Assembly (NCBI GenBank): GCA_048772705.1
Contig: JBLWGC010000102.1
Coordinates: forward strand, 1-64,000
Source: Leidyana gryllorum EB-2025a
Taxonomy: Eukaryota; Protista; Apicomplexa
Direction of reading: 5' to 3'
Length of the DNA: 64,000 nucleotides
The position numbers were made by a program, and so were the translations under genes. Under the pieces are notes generated by a model that saw only the letters and a program-made list of their open reading frames with translations, was not told the origin of the DNA and did no database searches. Every line of letters begins with the position of its first letter. The first letter of the stretch is position 1. Positions 22,358 through 35,072 of this stretch are shown piece by piece.

Positions 22358-23040
22358 AGCACACACGTGTGCTGTGTCCCTGTTCAACGACACCACGGGT
22401 ATTTGTGCGCAGGACCGTTTAACTTCAGCAGCAAAGTAGGCCACAAAGTCCTTAACACCGATGATAATGGACCAGAAGATGACTCCTCCATCCACTATTC
22501 GTGTGGCTCTCTGTACCACGGCAACAGGTTATCCGGAGGGCCTGAAAGTCAGTTGAAGCACTTCGGAGGGACTTAACTGTCACCAGTCGTGGCGGGCTGG
22601 TGGTTTACCCCAAGCTCTCGCACCACTAAGGTAACAAATGGCGATCGAGACCGAAACACATAGATCATTAGCTGAGAGATCTGAAAGCAGATCTACCACA
22701 CGAAACAACAAAAGGCCCCGCTAATGGGCCGGCTTCACGCAATCCAGCGACCACTGAGGCCCCACAGTCACATAAGGTGTTTTACACAAAACGAATGTCC
22801 ATCTTTCACATTCAATCACACCTCATTCTGTCACACTTTCGTTTGAGGCATAGATTGGAGCGGGCCAGCCAAACGGCTTCCCGATGGCTTTTGCGCCATT
22901 TCAGCCATTCACGTCAGTCCCAAGAACCACACTGTTGGGTCATGGAGACATGATTGTGTGCGGAGTCTGCAGAACCCAGTGAAACAAAAAGCAAGCAGCT
23001 GAAGTCAGAGTCACCACTCCTCCGATTAGCTCAAGGGAAA

Positions 23041-25812
23041 ATGACCGATCCAGTCTTTGCTCCGCGCCGTTTGAACTCTGCTGCATTCGAGATGATGCGC
23101 AAAGCATCATTCTCCAAGTTGGATACCCCCATGCCGAGAGCCGCGTACGGCATTTATGAGGACGGTCAAACCCCTGTGGCACAAGGTCAAGAGTTGATGT
23201 GGTCTCTGATGAGCAAGTATTTGGATTCTGATACTCGTACTATTCAACGAGGAATTGTCAACCATGTGGAATATACTCTCGCCCGCAATCGTTTCAATAT
23301 GGATGATGAGTCGTGTTACAGAGCAACAGCTTATTCTGTGCGCGATCGTCTTATCGAGATGTTTAATGATACTAACCAGTTCTTCTTCGCTAAGGACGTT
23401 AAGCGTTGTTACTATCTCTCACTTGAGTTTTTGATTGGGCGCGCAATGCAGAACGCGCTGGTCAACTTGGACATTGAAGACCAGTACAAGAAGGCTTTGA
23501 GCGAACTTGGCTACAAGCTTGAAGCACTTTACGAGCATGAGCACGATGCTGCTTTGGGCAATGGCGGTCTCGGTCGCCTGGCTGCTTGCTTCCTGGATTC
23601 GATGGCCACCCTGAACTACGCTGCTTGGGGCTATGGTATTCGCTATACCTACGGAATTTTCGAGCAAAAGATCGTTAACGGATGGCAGTGTGAGTATCCC
23701 GACTACTGGCTCCTTCAAGACAACCCCTGGGAGATTTGCCGTCACGATGTGACTTATGCTGTTCGCTTCGGCGGCCACCTGAAGGAGTACACTGACGAGA
23801 AGGGACGGTTCCGTACTAAGTGGGTTGGTGGCAACATTGTGCAAGCTGTGGCTTACGACAACATCATCCCCGGTTTTGACACCCTCAACTGTATCAATCT
23901 TCGTCTGTGGCGAGCGGCTCCCTCCAAAGAATTCGATTTTGATCAGTTCAACCAGGGACGCTACATGGACGCTATTAGAGAACGCCAGGATGCTGAGTGC
24001 ATCTCTGCTGTCCTCTATCCCAATGATAACTCGGACGAAGGGAAGGCTCTCCGTCTGAAGCAGCAATACTTCTTTGTGTGTGCCACAATCCAAGATGTCC
24101 TTCGCCGATTCAAGAAGAAGCCGAACCGCGACTGGAGAGATCTCCCTCAGAAGATGGCGATCCAATTGAACGACACCCATCCGACCATTGGTATCCCCGA
24201 GTTGATCCGTATTCTCGTGGATGTTGAGTGCCTCGAATGGGACTTCGCTGTTGACCTCACTCGTCAAGTCTTCCACTACACCAACCACACCGTTTTGCCC
24301 GAAGCTTTGGAGAAGTGGCCTGCTGAGTTGATCGGCCGTCTGCTTCCCCGTCACCTGAAGATCATCAACGAGCTCAACTTGCGCTTCCTGAACGAGGTGC
24401 GCGGCAAGTGGGGTGACAACTATGGAAAGATCTCCCGTATGTCGATCTATGAAGAGGGATGGGCTAAGCTGATTCGTATGGGTCACTTGGCTGCTATCTT
24501 TTCGAGGAAAGTCAACGGTGTCGCTGCTATCCATAGTGAGTTGGTGAAGAAGGACCTGTTCCCCGAGTTCGTTGAGTGGTTCAAGCAGAAGGGTCAAGCT
24601 GACAAGTTCATTAACATTACCAACGGTGTCACCCCGCGTCGCTGGATCCACAACGCTAACCGTCCTTTGTCTGATTTGATCAGTTCGTGGTTGGGCAGCG
24701 ATGGATGGCTGAAGGAACTGGAAATGGTTCGTGGTTTGGTGAACCACATTGATGACCCAGCCCTGTTGAAGGAGTGGGCCGAAGTGAAGCGTCGCAACAA
24801 GGATAGATTGGCTCGGTGGGTGGTTGCTCATGGAGGACCTCAGCTGGACGCCAACAAGATGGTCTTCGATATCCAGATCAAACGTATCCATGAGTACAAG
24901 CGTCAGCATCTGAACGCTTTCTACATGTTGCATCGATATTTGACGATCAAGAAGATGAGCCATGAGGAGCGTCAACGGATGGTGCCTCGCGCCACAATGG
25001 TTGGTGGCAAAGCCGCTCCTGGCTATGCCGCAGCCAAAACGATTATCAAGTTGATTAATTCTATTGCCAATGTCGTGAACAACGACCCGGATGTCAGTCC
25101 GTACTTCAAAGTCTTCTTCTTGCCGAACTACAATGTTTCGTCTGCTCAAATCATCATTCCCGCGAGTGATGTGAATCAGCAAATCTCGACTGCGGGTACT
25201 GAGGCCTCTGGCACCAGTAACATGAAGTTCGTGATGAACGGTTCGCTCATCATCGGTACTATGGATGGCGCCAACGTTGAAATTGTGAAGGAATGCGGCC
25301 GACAGACAGCATTCATCTTCGGATTGAACGAGCCTGAGGTTGCAGGAGTTCGCGAGAGAGCGAAGAACGGAGATTATCCGATCGATGGACGCCTTTGGGA
25401 AGTTTTCAACTTCATTCGTTCTGGCAAACTTTGCGGTGGCGAGCCAGATGCTCAGCGTCAAGTCTGTGAATTGATTGATCGTTTGTTGAACAACAAAGAG
25501 GGGGCTAACGGAGACTTCTACTTGGTTTGCAAGGACTTCCCAAGCTATTGTGACGCTCAGCGGGAGATTGATGAAACCTACAAAGATCAAACTAAATGGA
25601 CTAAAATGTCCATCCGAGCTGCTGCATCGATGGGCTTCTTCTCGACTGATCGCACCATCCGAGATTATGCTGAGAAATTATGGTGTTTGGAAGCTGCTGA
25701 GCGTCCCTCACCCTCGCCTCAGGACTACCGCCGCCTTGCGGACTCGAACACCCCTCCCAGTACAGAAGCCACCTCTCCTACTCGTCCGGTAGAGGGCCAG
25801 CACAGCCACTGA
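23041..25812 (+). CDS. glgP: glycogen/amylopectin phosphorylase (GT35), intronless
   Basis: DAALGNGGLGRLAACFLDS, LRLKQQYFF, QLNDTHP, KRIHEYKRQ and the PLP motif EASGTSNMKF. The first in-frame ATG is 23041. Confidence 0.98.
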   Translation: MTDPVFAPRRLNSAAFEMMRKASFSKLDTPMPRAAYGIYEDGQTPVAQGQELMWSLMSKYLDSDTRTIQRGIVNHVEYTLARNRFNMDDESCYRATAYSVRDRLIEMFNDTNQFFFAKDVKRCYYLSLEFLIGRAMQNALVNLDIEDQYKKALSELGYKLEALYEHEHDAALGNGGLGRLAACFLDSMATLNYAAWGYGIRYTYGIFEQKIVNGWQCEYPDYWLLQDNPWEICRHDVTYAVRFGGHLKEYTDEKGRFRTKWVGGNIVQAVAYDNIIPGFDTLNCINLRLWRAAPSKEFDFDQFNQGRYMDAIRERQDAECISAVLYPNDNSDEGKALRLKQQYFFVCATIQDVLRRFKKKPNRDWRDLPQKMAIQLNDTHPTIGIPELIRILVDVECLEWDFAVDLTRQVFHYTNHTVLPEALEKWPAELIGRLLPRHLKIINELNLRFLNEVRGKWGDNYGKISRMSIYEEGWAKLIRMGHLAAIFSRKVNGVAAIHSELVKKDLFPEFVEWFKQKGQADKFINITNGVTPRRWIHNANRPLSDLISSWLGSDGWLKELEMVRGLVNHIDDPALLKEWAEVKRRNKDRLARWVVAHGGPQLDANKMVFDIQIKRIHEYKRQHLNAFYMLHRYLTIKKMSHEERQRMVPRATMVGGKAAPGYAAAKTIIKLINSIANVVNNDPDVSPYFKVFFLPNYNVSSAQIIIPASDVNQQISTAGTEASGTSNMKFVMNGSLIIGTMDGANVEIVKECGRQTAFIFGLNEPEVAGVRERAKNGDYPIDGRLWEVFNFIRSGKLCGGEPDAQRQVCELIDRLLNNKEGANGDFYLVCKDFPSYCDAQREIDETYKDQTKWTKMSIRAAASMGFFSTDRTIRDYAEKLWCLEAAERPSPSPQDYRRLADSNTPPSTEATSPTRPVEGQHSH

Positions 25813-25896
25813 TTATACTAATTGATGAATGTATTTTGACTGCTGCCAGTAACCAACCTTGTATAATATGAATGACTAGTTGCCATGTATTGCTCG

Positions 25897-25974
25897 GAAG
25901 GCGGCAAAGTGACAAACCGTAGTTATGACTAGAAGGCGGCAAAGTGACAAACCGTAGTTATGACTAGAAAGGCG
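25897..25974. repeat. perfect 35-bp tandem duplication plus partial third copy
   Basis: GAAGGCGGCAAAGTGACAAACCGTAGTTATGACTA occurs at 25897-25931 and 25932-25966, followed by GAAAGGCG. Confidence 0.92.
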
Positions 25975-26066
25975 TGTATTGCATTTGTTTATCGCCATCG
26001 GAATCTCGTGTCCACATAAGAGTACGCATTGGTGGGTGTATAGCCTCTTCAATTTTGTTACATTCG

Positions 26067-28177
26067 ATGAACCCTGGCGACTATTATTGGGATGAGCACT
26101 TCAAGTTAAACATTCGAAAGGCGGACGAGCACCTTCGTTACCTTAAGACCCACGATAGCAGAGGTCGATGGCGAGTTTTCGCAAACTGTTTGTACGAGCC
26201 CCAAAGAGTTCAAGCCGCCACGGCGGCCGAATGTGTTGCAAGAGTCAAGGCCGAGGCTCTGCTTCTCTCAGAGAAGATGGAATGTGCAATCGATCTCATT
26301 CCAATAACCGATCTGACAGAATTCTTCCTGTCTAGTAGGATAGGACGAAGTACAGCCCGCCAACTGGTCTCTTTATGCGCCGATAAACCCGCGGAGATCA
26401 AGAAGGCTCTTACACTGGCGCTGCAGGCTCAAGAGTGCATGACCGAAACCGTTGCTGCTGACCTCGCGACTGTAGCGACCACCAATGCTGCGAAAGACTT
26501 CTTGAGATCCACTAAATTGTGGGATGCGCAACCCAAAACCCCTACAGCCTTGGACTCGGCGTTCGTCTTGAGTCCCTCGTCTCTCGAGATCGAGACGGGC
26601 TGTAGCCGTGCGAATCAATCACCTACTATGGACTCCCCTAGTACGATAGTCGCAGACAAGGTTATCTACGAACCCGCCATGGAGGTAAATCTTGCCGAGA
26701 GGGAAGAGAAGAAACACAACAATAGCCGAGACGGGGTTGCAGACGATCTGCAGCAGCCTGCCTCCACACTTTTGGGAGACCAAAGCTGCTCAGGTCCAAA
26801 GCTTGCTGATCATCATGAAAATATTGAGGATGGCTCCCCACGGTTGGCTGCCCTGCAAGCGGACCGACACCCCCTGGTACCTCAAGAGCATCGCGGGGAT
26901 GCTGTACTGGCCTTGTTGGAACCCAAACCTTTCACTTTGGACGACATACCCCACAAAGAATTGCAGAAGAGGCTCAACAGAGGTGAAATCGCACCTCGAG
27001 AGGAATGGTTACCCAACAGTGATCAGAAGAAAATGATGAGTGATGTCGAATTCAGGGAGCGAATGACATTCGCGAGCCAATTGAGGGATGAGGCTACTAA
27101 AGCTCTGGATACCGACCGGAAGGCGGATGCCGTGACCTTCTATACACAGGGTGTTCACCTCTTAGAGCACGTCACTCATCCTCAATTAGACAAATCGATC
27201 GAGATTCAGCAGGAACTATCCCGGTTCCTTCGCAACAAGGCTGTTCTTGATCTCAGTCTGGGGAATTACAGAAACGTAATCCGTGAGGCTCAGATCCATC
27301 ACCTCCCCCCTCCATAATATGTGCCACGCAGACGACTGCACTGAGGCCCTCAAACTGGATGAGGGAGACGGCAAAGCAATGTTTTTGCGGGGAAGAGCGT
27401 ATCAGTTAGTCGGTGACACTGATGCTGCTCTAGCCAATTTTCGAGCTCTCTCGACTTCCCCTTTGGCGACGGATGGACAACGCTTGGCAGGCAGGAAAGC
27501 GTTGTGCGATTTGAAGAAGCTGTTACGCAGCGATAACGAGAGAGTGACCAAAATCATGCAACTTGAAGCCGTAAGGTCGATCAATGACATCGAACACCTT
27601 CCTTCTTCATGTCAGGAGAACGCTGCTTCAACATCGGAGCGGATGACTTTGGCGGCTCCCATTGCAGAACCGAAACCTCGTGATGATACACGACGTACAG
27701 TGATGCACTCCTTCGACATAGCCGGGGATGATGTGCGTCCACAGAGCGATGAAGGCCCGCTCGACAGACCTTTACCCAGCCCTCGCGAACCGCAGATCCC
27801 CAGCGAGCAGCTTGTAAAACTTTTGACGGAATTGGTTGCGCTATACACGGTGGGTTGTGCTCTGATTCAGCTCAATTGTTCGCTTGTAGACGCCTGATGT
27901 CAAGCGAGAACTAGATCGTTTGGCACACGAAGCTGGGTACGAAGAGCGAGGGCTGATACTTCGCCTTCGTAAGTATCTTCCACCCCTGACGCAGTCGATT
28001 TACGGTCGATACTCCCAATGGTTGGGTGATGACTACAACACCCAAAAGCGTGAAGTTGATCGCGCTGTTGCTTACTACAAGAACCATGGCGCGGGCAATC
28101 CAGACGAGAAAGCAGCTATTGTGACTCTGGTCGCGCAGATTACGGATGTTGTATATGGGGATACTACGGAGGATTAG
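26067..28177 (+). CDS. TPR-domain protein, 3 exons, with C-terminal helical domain (possibly protein C10-like)
   Basis: FKBP/Hop-type TPRs ('AVTFYTQG...RNKA...DCTEALKLDEGDGKAMFLRGRAY'). Exons lie in ORFs 25974, 27283 and 27920. Confidence 0.75.
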
Positions 28178-28227
28178 TTTGTTTGACTCACAGCTGTACA
28201 GACACAGTGTCAGAGGTCTCCGTCGCC

Positions 28228-29125
28228 ATGCGCGGACTCTTAGTTGCTGTGACGGGATGGCTGGCGAGCGAGGGCATGCGAAATGATTTGGCGATGTATG
28301 CGTTAGGTGAGTTAGTTTGTTGTTGGATAAAGAGTATCTTTCCTCAGGCGACATACCCGAGGAATGGAAGCCTTATGCTTCGCGTAACATCAGTGACTTG
28401 GCTGGTGAATGGCGCTTGATACCTGAAGAGTCAGATAGCATAGAGGAGCATATGTCTAAGCTAGGGTTTGGATGGCTGAAGCGACGGGCTTTGCGTAACT
28501 TCGCCTCAAAAATCGATATCGCTCTGTCTCAGCGCTGCATCGAAGTCTTCACCGAGGCAGGAGAGGATGACGATGCCGCCGACCACAAAGCAGCAGAGCA
28601 AAACACTGAGGCTGCCACTGACCCTCCGGAGATACTCATGACAACCCACTTTCCGTATAACCATATCAAGTCTGGTGTCATTCCCGTCAACGGCGTCCCG
28701 TTTGATTATAGGGTAAGTGTGGGATCCGCATAGATCGTCGAATCAAATCTCCTCAGGATGTGGACACTGGAATGTGGGTCTCGACAGCTGATTATTATGA
28801 AGGTCGCTTACTGCAACGGCGCTTTAATGACGAGTATGGCATCATGTATGATGTTCGCACCGTCTTCACCGACATCGATCCTCGCAAACCCCGATCCGAT
28901 CAAACGCCCAAACCCACAGATGAAGCGTCGGGCCGTCGGAGACGCAAATTAAAGACTGGCAATGTGGAAGATTATGAAGAGCTCACTGATGGTCCTCTCC
29001 TGCTTTTTAGGGTAGGTGAAATGCCTAATCTTCTTATTCACTATTTGATGCAGTGGACTCTGATTCCGAGGGATGGTGATGGCAAATTGCTCCGGGCAGA
29101 CCGCTGGGCTCGCAAAGTGGTCTGA
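28228..29125 (+). CDS. calycin / fatty-acid-binding-protein-like protein, multi-exon
   Basis: 'LAGEWRLIPEESDSIEEHMSKLGFGWLKRRA' resembles the FABP N-terminal G-x-W...S..F..Y...LG signature. The start is uncertain. Confidence 0.5.
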
Positions 29126-29126
29126 T

Positions 29127-32100
29127 TCAGCCTCGAATATGTAGAGAATTGGCAAATCTCCTTCTGTTCACAGTTGGAGAGGCATGTGCATTATCTCCCC
29201 TTTTATTGGGGCTGCCTGAGCGGCTAGCCTGATGACTCTCCTTCTCCGCCACCCCGCATCGGGTCACCAGTAGTAGCTGCCACCCAATCGTACCCGAAAT
29301 TGTCTGCCCATCCAAGACAACCAAATCTACAATAATCGCCAACAATTAGTGTTGCACATCACGACTCAACAGCTCACCATCTTTGAGGGGCAACGGACGG
29401 CTGTCTTCTCGGAAGACACCGTCTGAACTCCGGTAAAACTCAATCTGAAGATTCGGTAAATCCTCATGCGAGGGCGTGCTTGACGCCAATAAGTTCATAA
29501 CACGCTCCTTGACATCTTTGACGCACTCGCCCTCCTTCACTGTTACACTAAATGGGTACCCAAACGAGTAAAACGTCTCGCTGTCGACCCACACGCATTC
29601 CAGCGCGGCCTTTGGGGAGACGCCAACATGAGCGAGTGTGTGCACACAGTCCTCACCGTACAACCGACTCCAGCTCCACCCACCCGCGGCTCCATTCGGA
29701 GGTCACTAGGTGTGATGATGGAGTTGCTGGTTCCATATTGGAAGACATTCAAGGATGCTATATCCGTGACCTCCTTTGACAGTCTGTGTGTGTACTCTTT
29801 GAGAACCATTTCTTGCTGCAGCCAAGCATCGGCATCTGTGGGAGCGGAGCAACCTTCTCCCCGCATTTGCAGCCGCTCGCCCAAACGCTCGCGATCGACA
29901 TTCTTTATGATCATAGTGATCAGGTCATCTCCTGCGGCGGGCGACATCACGATAGATAGATACTTACAAAAGCCTTCTTACTGTGAAGGTTAGCATTGAC
30001 GCCTGGCAGCATTACGCATCCCAACATGCCGAGTCTATCGTCAAACAGGCGTACGAACAGATTTCGCACCCCTCTAGCACTTCCAGTGGCGCGTCCACTG
30101 AAAGGCAGGGCGACTAGTGTAAGTATAGGTGGATCGTCGAAGAGTTTCGCGGGTCCCACAACGGCTTGATGGGTTGGATGGAGGCCCAGTTTAGTCTGCT
30201 GATCGATCATTGAGCCGACCAAGCGCTGCAGGAGAGTTATTTTCTGAATGTGAGAGGGGTGTGCGTGCTTACGTTCACTAGGGTTTCTGAGGACTCATGC
30301 ATGAGCAGAACCGGGAAGGGCTCATCGATCAACAAGTCGGTGTGGCCGGGGCGATGGATGTTATCATATATATGTGGTCGGAGGTGGGGCGGGAGTGTCT
30401 GTTTGGGCGGCACCAAGTAGCAGTATGTGAAGCGAGGATCACAGCGAATGATGCTGACACAAAGCAGCTGCATAAGAATGGACATTGTCCAGGTGAAGTC
30501 AATCTCAATGTTTTCATCGACAATTATGGGATAGAAGTCTTCGATGAGAGGCTCGACTCGGCTTGCGGCCCGAGCAGCAGATTCAGACAGCGTGTGACTT
30601 GATTTATTGGCAATGTGCAGTGAGCCACCGCCATCACTGGTTGAGCCCATGGACTCAACATTCTTAGGTGTCATTGCGCGGCTGCCCGGCGTGTTGTTAG
30701 TTACCTTGTCCGACTCTTCCATGGCCCCCTGATCGATGGGAGGATGCAAGTCGGAACGTCGTACTATGACGGGCAATGGAATGGGTCTTCCATCGACCAA
30801 TTCAAAGCGGCCGTAGTGAGCCATAACATCAATCAATTGGACCCGGATTCTGCGAACGCCGCGCAGAGTTACCATCCATTGAAGCGGGTTAGGGCAAGTT
30901 GCTTTCATTGGAGGATCAATTGCCGTTACGTAATCATCTGTGAGAACCGGTAGAGCGGGATGGCTTGCCAAGAGCTGTTTGTTGCCTCCGTTGGCTTCAA
31001 ATGCGGCATAAAACCTACGTCCCCCGTCATAATATCGAATCGCTTCACACGGATGGGAGCTAGGCGGAGCCCACTTGAACAAGTGAGCCGAAAGAGCGTC
31101 CAGTTGTGCGCGATACTCGTCCACTCTTGCAGACAGCTCGCTCATGCCCTCCAGCACTCCCATCGGCGAAGCCACGACCACTCGGCACTCGCAACCAGAT
31201 CGGAAGTCTCGACTAACTTCGGGTACGCGATTGCACTGCTCGAACATCCCTCGGTATTCTGTGTGGCAACAAGGGAGTGAGTGAGTGTGAGTGAGTGAGT
31301 GTGAGTGAGTGTGTGTGAGTGAGTGTGTGTGAGTGTGTGTGAGTGATTTTTTGTCAGCAGCTTTGTGGAGGACGGGACTTACCAAAGTACATGAGCCAAG
31401 CTGGCGAGGTCTTCGCTGTACACATTCGGGCCGCCTCAGTGCCAGGGCCAGTGAGGAAGTATGTAGCCGCTGCGCGGTCTATACACTGAGCCAGAGAGCT
31501 TCCAGATGCCGTGATAGCTCGTTTGAGTAGTGAAGCATCCGAATTGGCCCAAGCGCGCATTATCTTGTCATGAGTTAGGGCGAGTATGTTGAGCGTTCTG
31601 GGTGAAATGGCAGTATTTTCTAGTCCGTAGCTCTGCGCTTGTTCGTATTGCGCGATTGGCTGCGATAGGTGACAGAATCCGACGAACCACAATCGACGGC
31701 TATAGAGAGTAGTCGCCAGCGGGTCGTAAATCTTTAGTGGGAAGACAGAGCGTTCTTCGTGTATGTTGTGGAGGTCGGAATAGTTTAGATGAAGTCGCGG
31801 GTTCCACTCGGACTCCGACCTGCCATGTCGGTAGACGCGTACATGGGCAGGTAGAAGCATTATTGGGTGGATGAGGACCGTCAGTGTGGCACGTTTGACC
31901 GAGAGAGGGTCCCCGCCTTGAAGATATTGCAGATTGGTGCGGATAGAGGCCCCTACAATAGCAGGGGATCCGGGCTTGCCACCCGTAATGTTGTCGTCAA
32001 AAATGAAACCCCATAATCGCAAGCCGTAACCAACCTCGTCGGGTCGGCCGAAGCCTTCAGTGTAGCCGTTCTGTTGAGCGATGCTCGACAGGCGAGATTG

Positions 32101-34948
32101 TTGCGCGCCTTGCTGCCCCGAGTAGACATCAAAATAGTAGAGTCCGGGAATTATGACGCAGCCATCGGGGTGAGGCTCAGTCGGGAAGAATAAGCGGCGG
32201 TAGTAATTGCCCAGTTCACCTCGTTCGGCCATCGCCCAGGCCTCTTCCCACAGCGCCATAACACTTTGGTCTTTGGAACGTTTCGTCACCGTCAACGCCG
32301 GAACGTCACTGGGATACCTCCAGACGCCCAGCTGAGCGGGCGTTACGGCGGGGCTCTCCGATGTAAACTGACGCGGCTCGGCGTCGGCTGTCTGAAGAGA
32401 CTTCTCTGTGAGGAAACGTAACTTTACGGTTCCTTCAATCTCTCGCTTTATGGCATAATGTCGCATTTTCTCGCGGTCGAGAAGATTCATTCGGTAAACC
32501 ATTCCCGGATTGACATCCCGGGGATTAGGAGCCGTCAAAATGGTCCGAGCAATGTCCTCCTTGATGTAGAAGAGCATATACGCTGAATAGGGACGGAACG
32601 GAGGGTTGCTACGGGCTTCGGCAGCTATCTCAGGTGATTGATAGGGACAGTGAACCTGCTCGATGGGGCCGCCGTAATTGTGCGTAATAGCGAGCTTGTC
32701 ATCACAACGATAAACCATCTCGTCATCAAACTTGAGCCACCAACAGTCCGCCAACGCATCTTCGTTGAGATTGGTGATCGTTCGTCCAAAGTTGGGGCCC
32801 GGAGCTCGAACGAATGCATAGTAATGGCCTTCGCTGATCTCGCCGTGGTGTACGTCGACAGCGAACAGCCTATAGCTCCCAGCGCCGGGGCACCACTTGT
32901 CGAAATTAATCCTTTCGGGGAATTTGAAAACGTCATTAACTTTGACCATTTCCATTCTGCTGACATCAAATTCGAAGCGTTTGAGGTGAAACTGCAGAAC
33001 CGGGGGTAACTTGTGAAACCGGGTTCCCTTCTTAGCTCGTTGAGGCCCGTGACCTTCGGCTTGATAACAATTGTCGCCTTCAAGAATCTCTTCCCGCACA
33101 TACTGATCCAAACTATCTTCCAGCGTGTGCGTCTGTTGGACTTGAAGCTGCAGGTCATAGAATACCTCCAGTCGTGACGACTTGTAGTCAACGTCGGTAC
33201 ACTCGATATAAACCTCAGACTCCCCTGCAAACAGCCGTTTGATCGTTCCCTCCGCTGGTGTTCCCTTCATCCGCTCCTCTAATCGGTCGCATAACAATCG
33301 ATTCAGTTCCTGTGCGTCATGCTGCATAAACTGGTCAACGTGATCCCATCCAAATGAGGCCAATAGATCCTTGCATTGAACGGGGGCATCGGGACCAAAC
33401 TCAGACAAACATTCCGATCCATTCGGAGTCTCCCCCGCAGCAGAGGCAGATGCAGATGCAGAGGCAGACGCAGACGGCCCGGCACCATTCGATGGAGGAG
33501 TTGTTTCCTGCTGCTGCTGCGGCTGGGGCTGCTGCTGTTGACCCTGCGCCAAATTGTAAAATACACGCTGCAGAGCGCGAGGCATAGATGACTTGGTGTC
33601 ACTCGTCGGTGTAGATGGCGGATCCGGGTTCTCGAGCACTTGTTGTATCTCCTCCTCCGTCCAACTACGGTTGTCAAACTCGTCGTGACGAACAGTAAAC
33701 TCTTCCTCCATCATAGGATCGTCGTCGCTGCTTGCACGCGCCGTCTCCTCCACCATGTCTCCGTCAGATGTCGTAGGCTTTCCTAACCGCCGCCGCTCTC
33801 GTAACCATTCACGATCTTCGGGCTTCGTCATCTCCCACACTGAACCTCGAAAGCCACCAACATAGAACAAACATTGTAACAATGAGTTCAGATAGCATGT
33901 AGTCCCATGATTCTTCAAGCCACGGTACCGACGTCGGGTTTCCGTCGTTTGATATTGCAAACCCTGGCTGACCAATGCGTAACGTATGACCAAACGTTGC
34001 TCCGCGCCGCCTATATAGTCTCCCAGTTGCTCCTGTTTCAAGAAACTGTGCCAGCCACGATCCGTCTCAGCGTCGTTGAACGCAAATCTATCAGTGTGCA
34101 CCCGAGATCTCGTCCAGTCATTCCAATCAATAGCCGCAATGTAGTATATGACCTCAGAGTATCGCCAAGAGGTCAATCGGTCGTGTTCACCCATCAGCTC
34201 AATGCCCTCACGAGGAGGGAGCACTTCAATGAATGCCGAAATACAACCTTGACGCACCCCCTCGTTCGTCCCACATGGAAATATCATCAACCGAAAGCGG
34301 ATACCACTTTCAGGAACTTCGTGAATGGGTCCATAGAGCTTCTCCCCTGCTTTTGTTGCGGATTTACGTGCCGCAAAGTTGTCGATGGCAAACTCATGCT
34401 CATTCAGCTCGGCTGAACACGGTGGCAAACCGCGCAGGTTGGAGTAACTGGACCCTGCTTTAGATTTTTGCCACCAGAACCCGGCTGCCCGCGCCGGCGG
34501 GCCCGGCGGCGGCGGCGGCGGGGGCAACGGCATTTGTTGCTCCGGCGCTCCTGATCCCACACTTGTCAATGGCGCCACGCTTGGCTGCAGCACATTTTCG
34601 TCCCCTAAAGTGGATGATTAGGTGTCAATACACGCGTGCAAGTGTGCGCGAAGTGTTTCCAACGCCACGGGAGACGCCCCACCGATGTTAATAAGACTCA
34701 CCCACGGGTTCATTGGGAAGGTTTGGGCTCTCTTGAACGGTCATGTTGCTAGTATCTGAACGTCGGCGTTTTTTGCCTCCAAGTCGGCACAAGGATTCCT
34801 CGATCGATAAGGAGTTTTCGTCACTTGAGCAGTCAACGGCTCGGATAGAATCTATTTCGTGATCAAACGAGTCGTCTGCCGTGTTAGCTCTGCCCGTGAC
34901 TCCTTCAGCTTCACTCTCAGAGGGTGGGCAGTCCTTCGCCTCGACCAT
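29127..34948 (-). CDS. USP7: ubiquitin-specific protease 7-like (MATH + UCH + C-terminal repeats), multi-exon
   Basis: MATH domain (FRLMIFP.G, DRGW), Cys box GLKNHGTTCYLNSLLQ, QHDAQE, and His box VHHG...GHYYAF. Exon 1 is in ORF 34688..34990 and downstream exons run to 29127. Confidence 0.92.
31275..31345. repeat. (GAGT/GT)n microsatellite in a USP7 intron
   Basis: Direct reading of the gagtgagtgagtgtgagtgag... tract. Confidence 0.85.
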
Positions 34949-35072
34949 TCCTGTCGTCCGCACATTACTCAAACCATGATTACTACTCACAAGGCTTAGA
35001 ACTCTTGAGGGCGACCAATGCCTGTGCCTCGAACCAAAACGATAATTTTATGTCTCTGTCCACAGTTGACCA

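Noticed and set aside
23419-25590. 723-aa antisense ORF opposite glycogen phosphorylase
   Set aside because: It is a codon-aligned shadow of a conserved, codon-biased gene and has no protein motifs.
25897-25974. 35-bp repeat as a possible CRISPR array
   Set aside because: The copies are directly adjacent with no spacers, there are no cas genes, and the context is eukaryotic.
34688-34990. Separate 100-aa gene upstream of USP7
   Set aside because: It splices in frame (GTGAGT...TTTAG) to the main USP7 ORF and is treated as exon 1.
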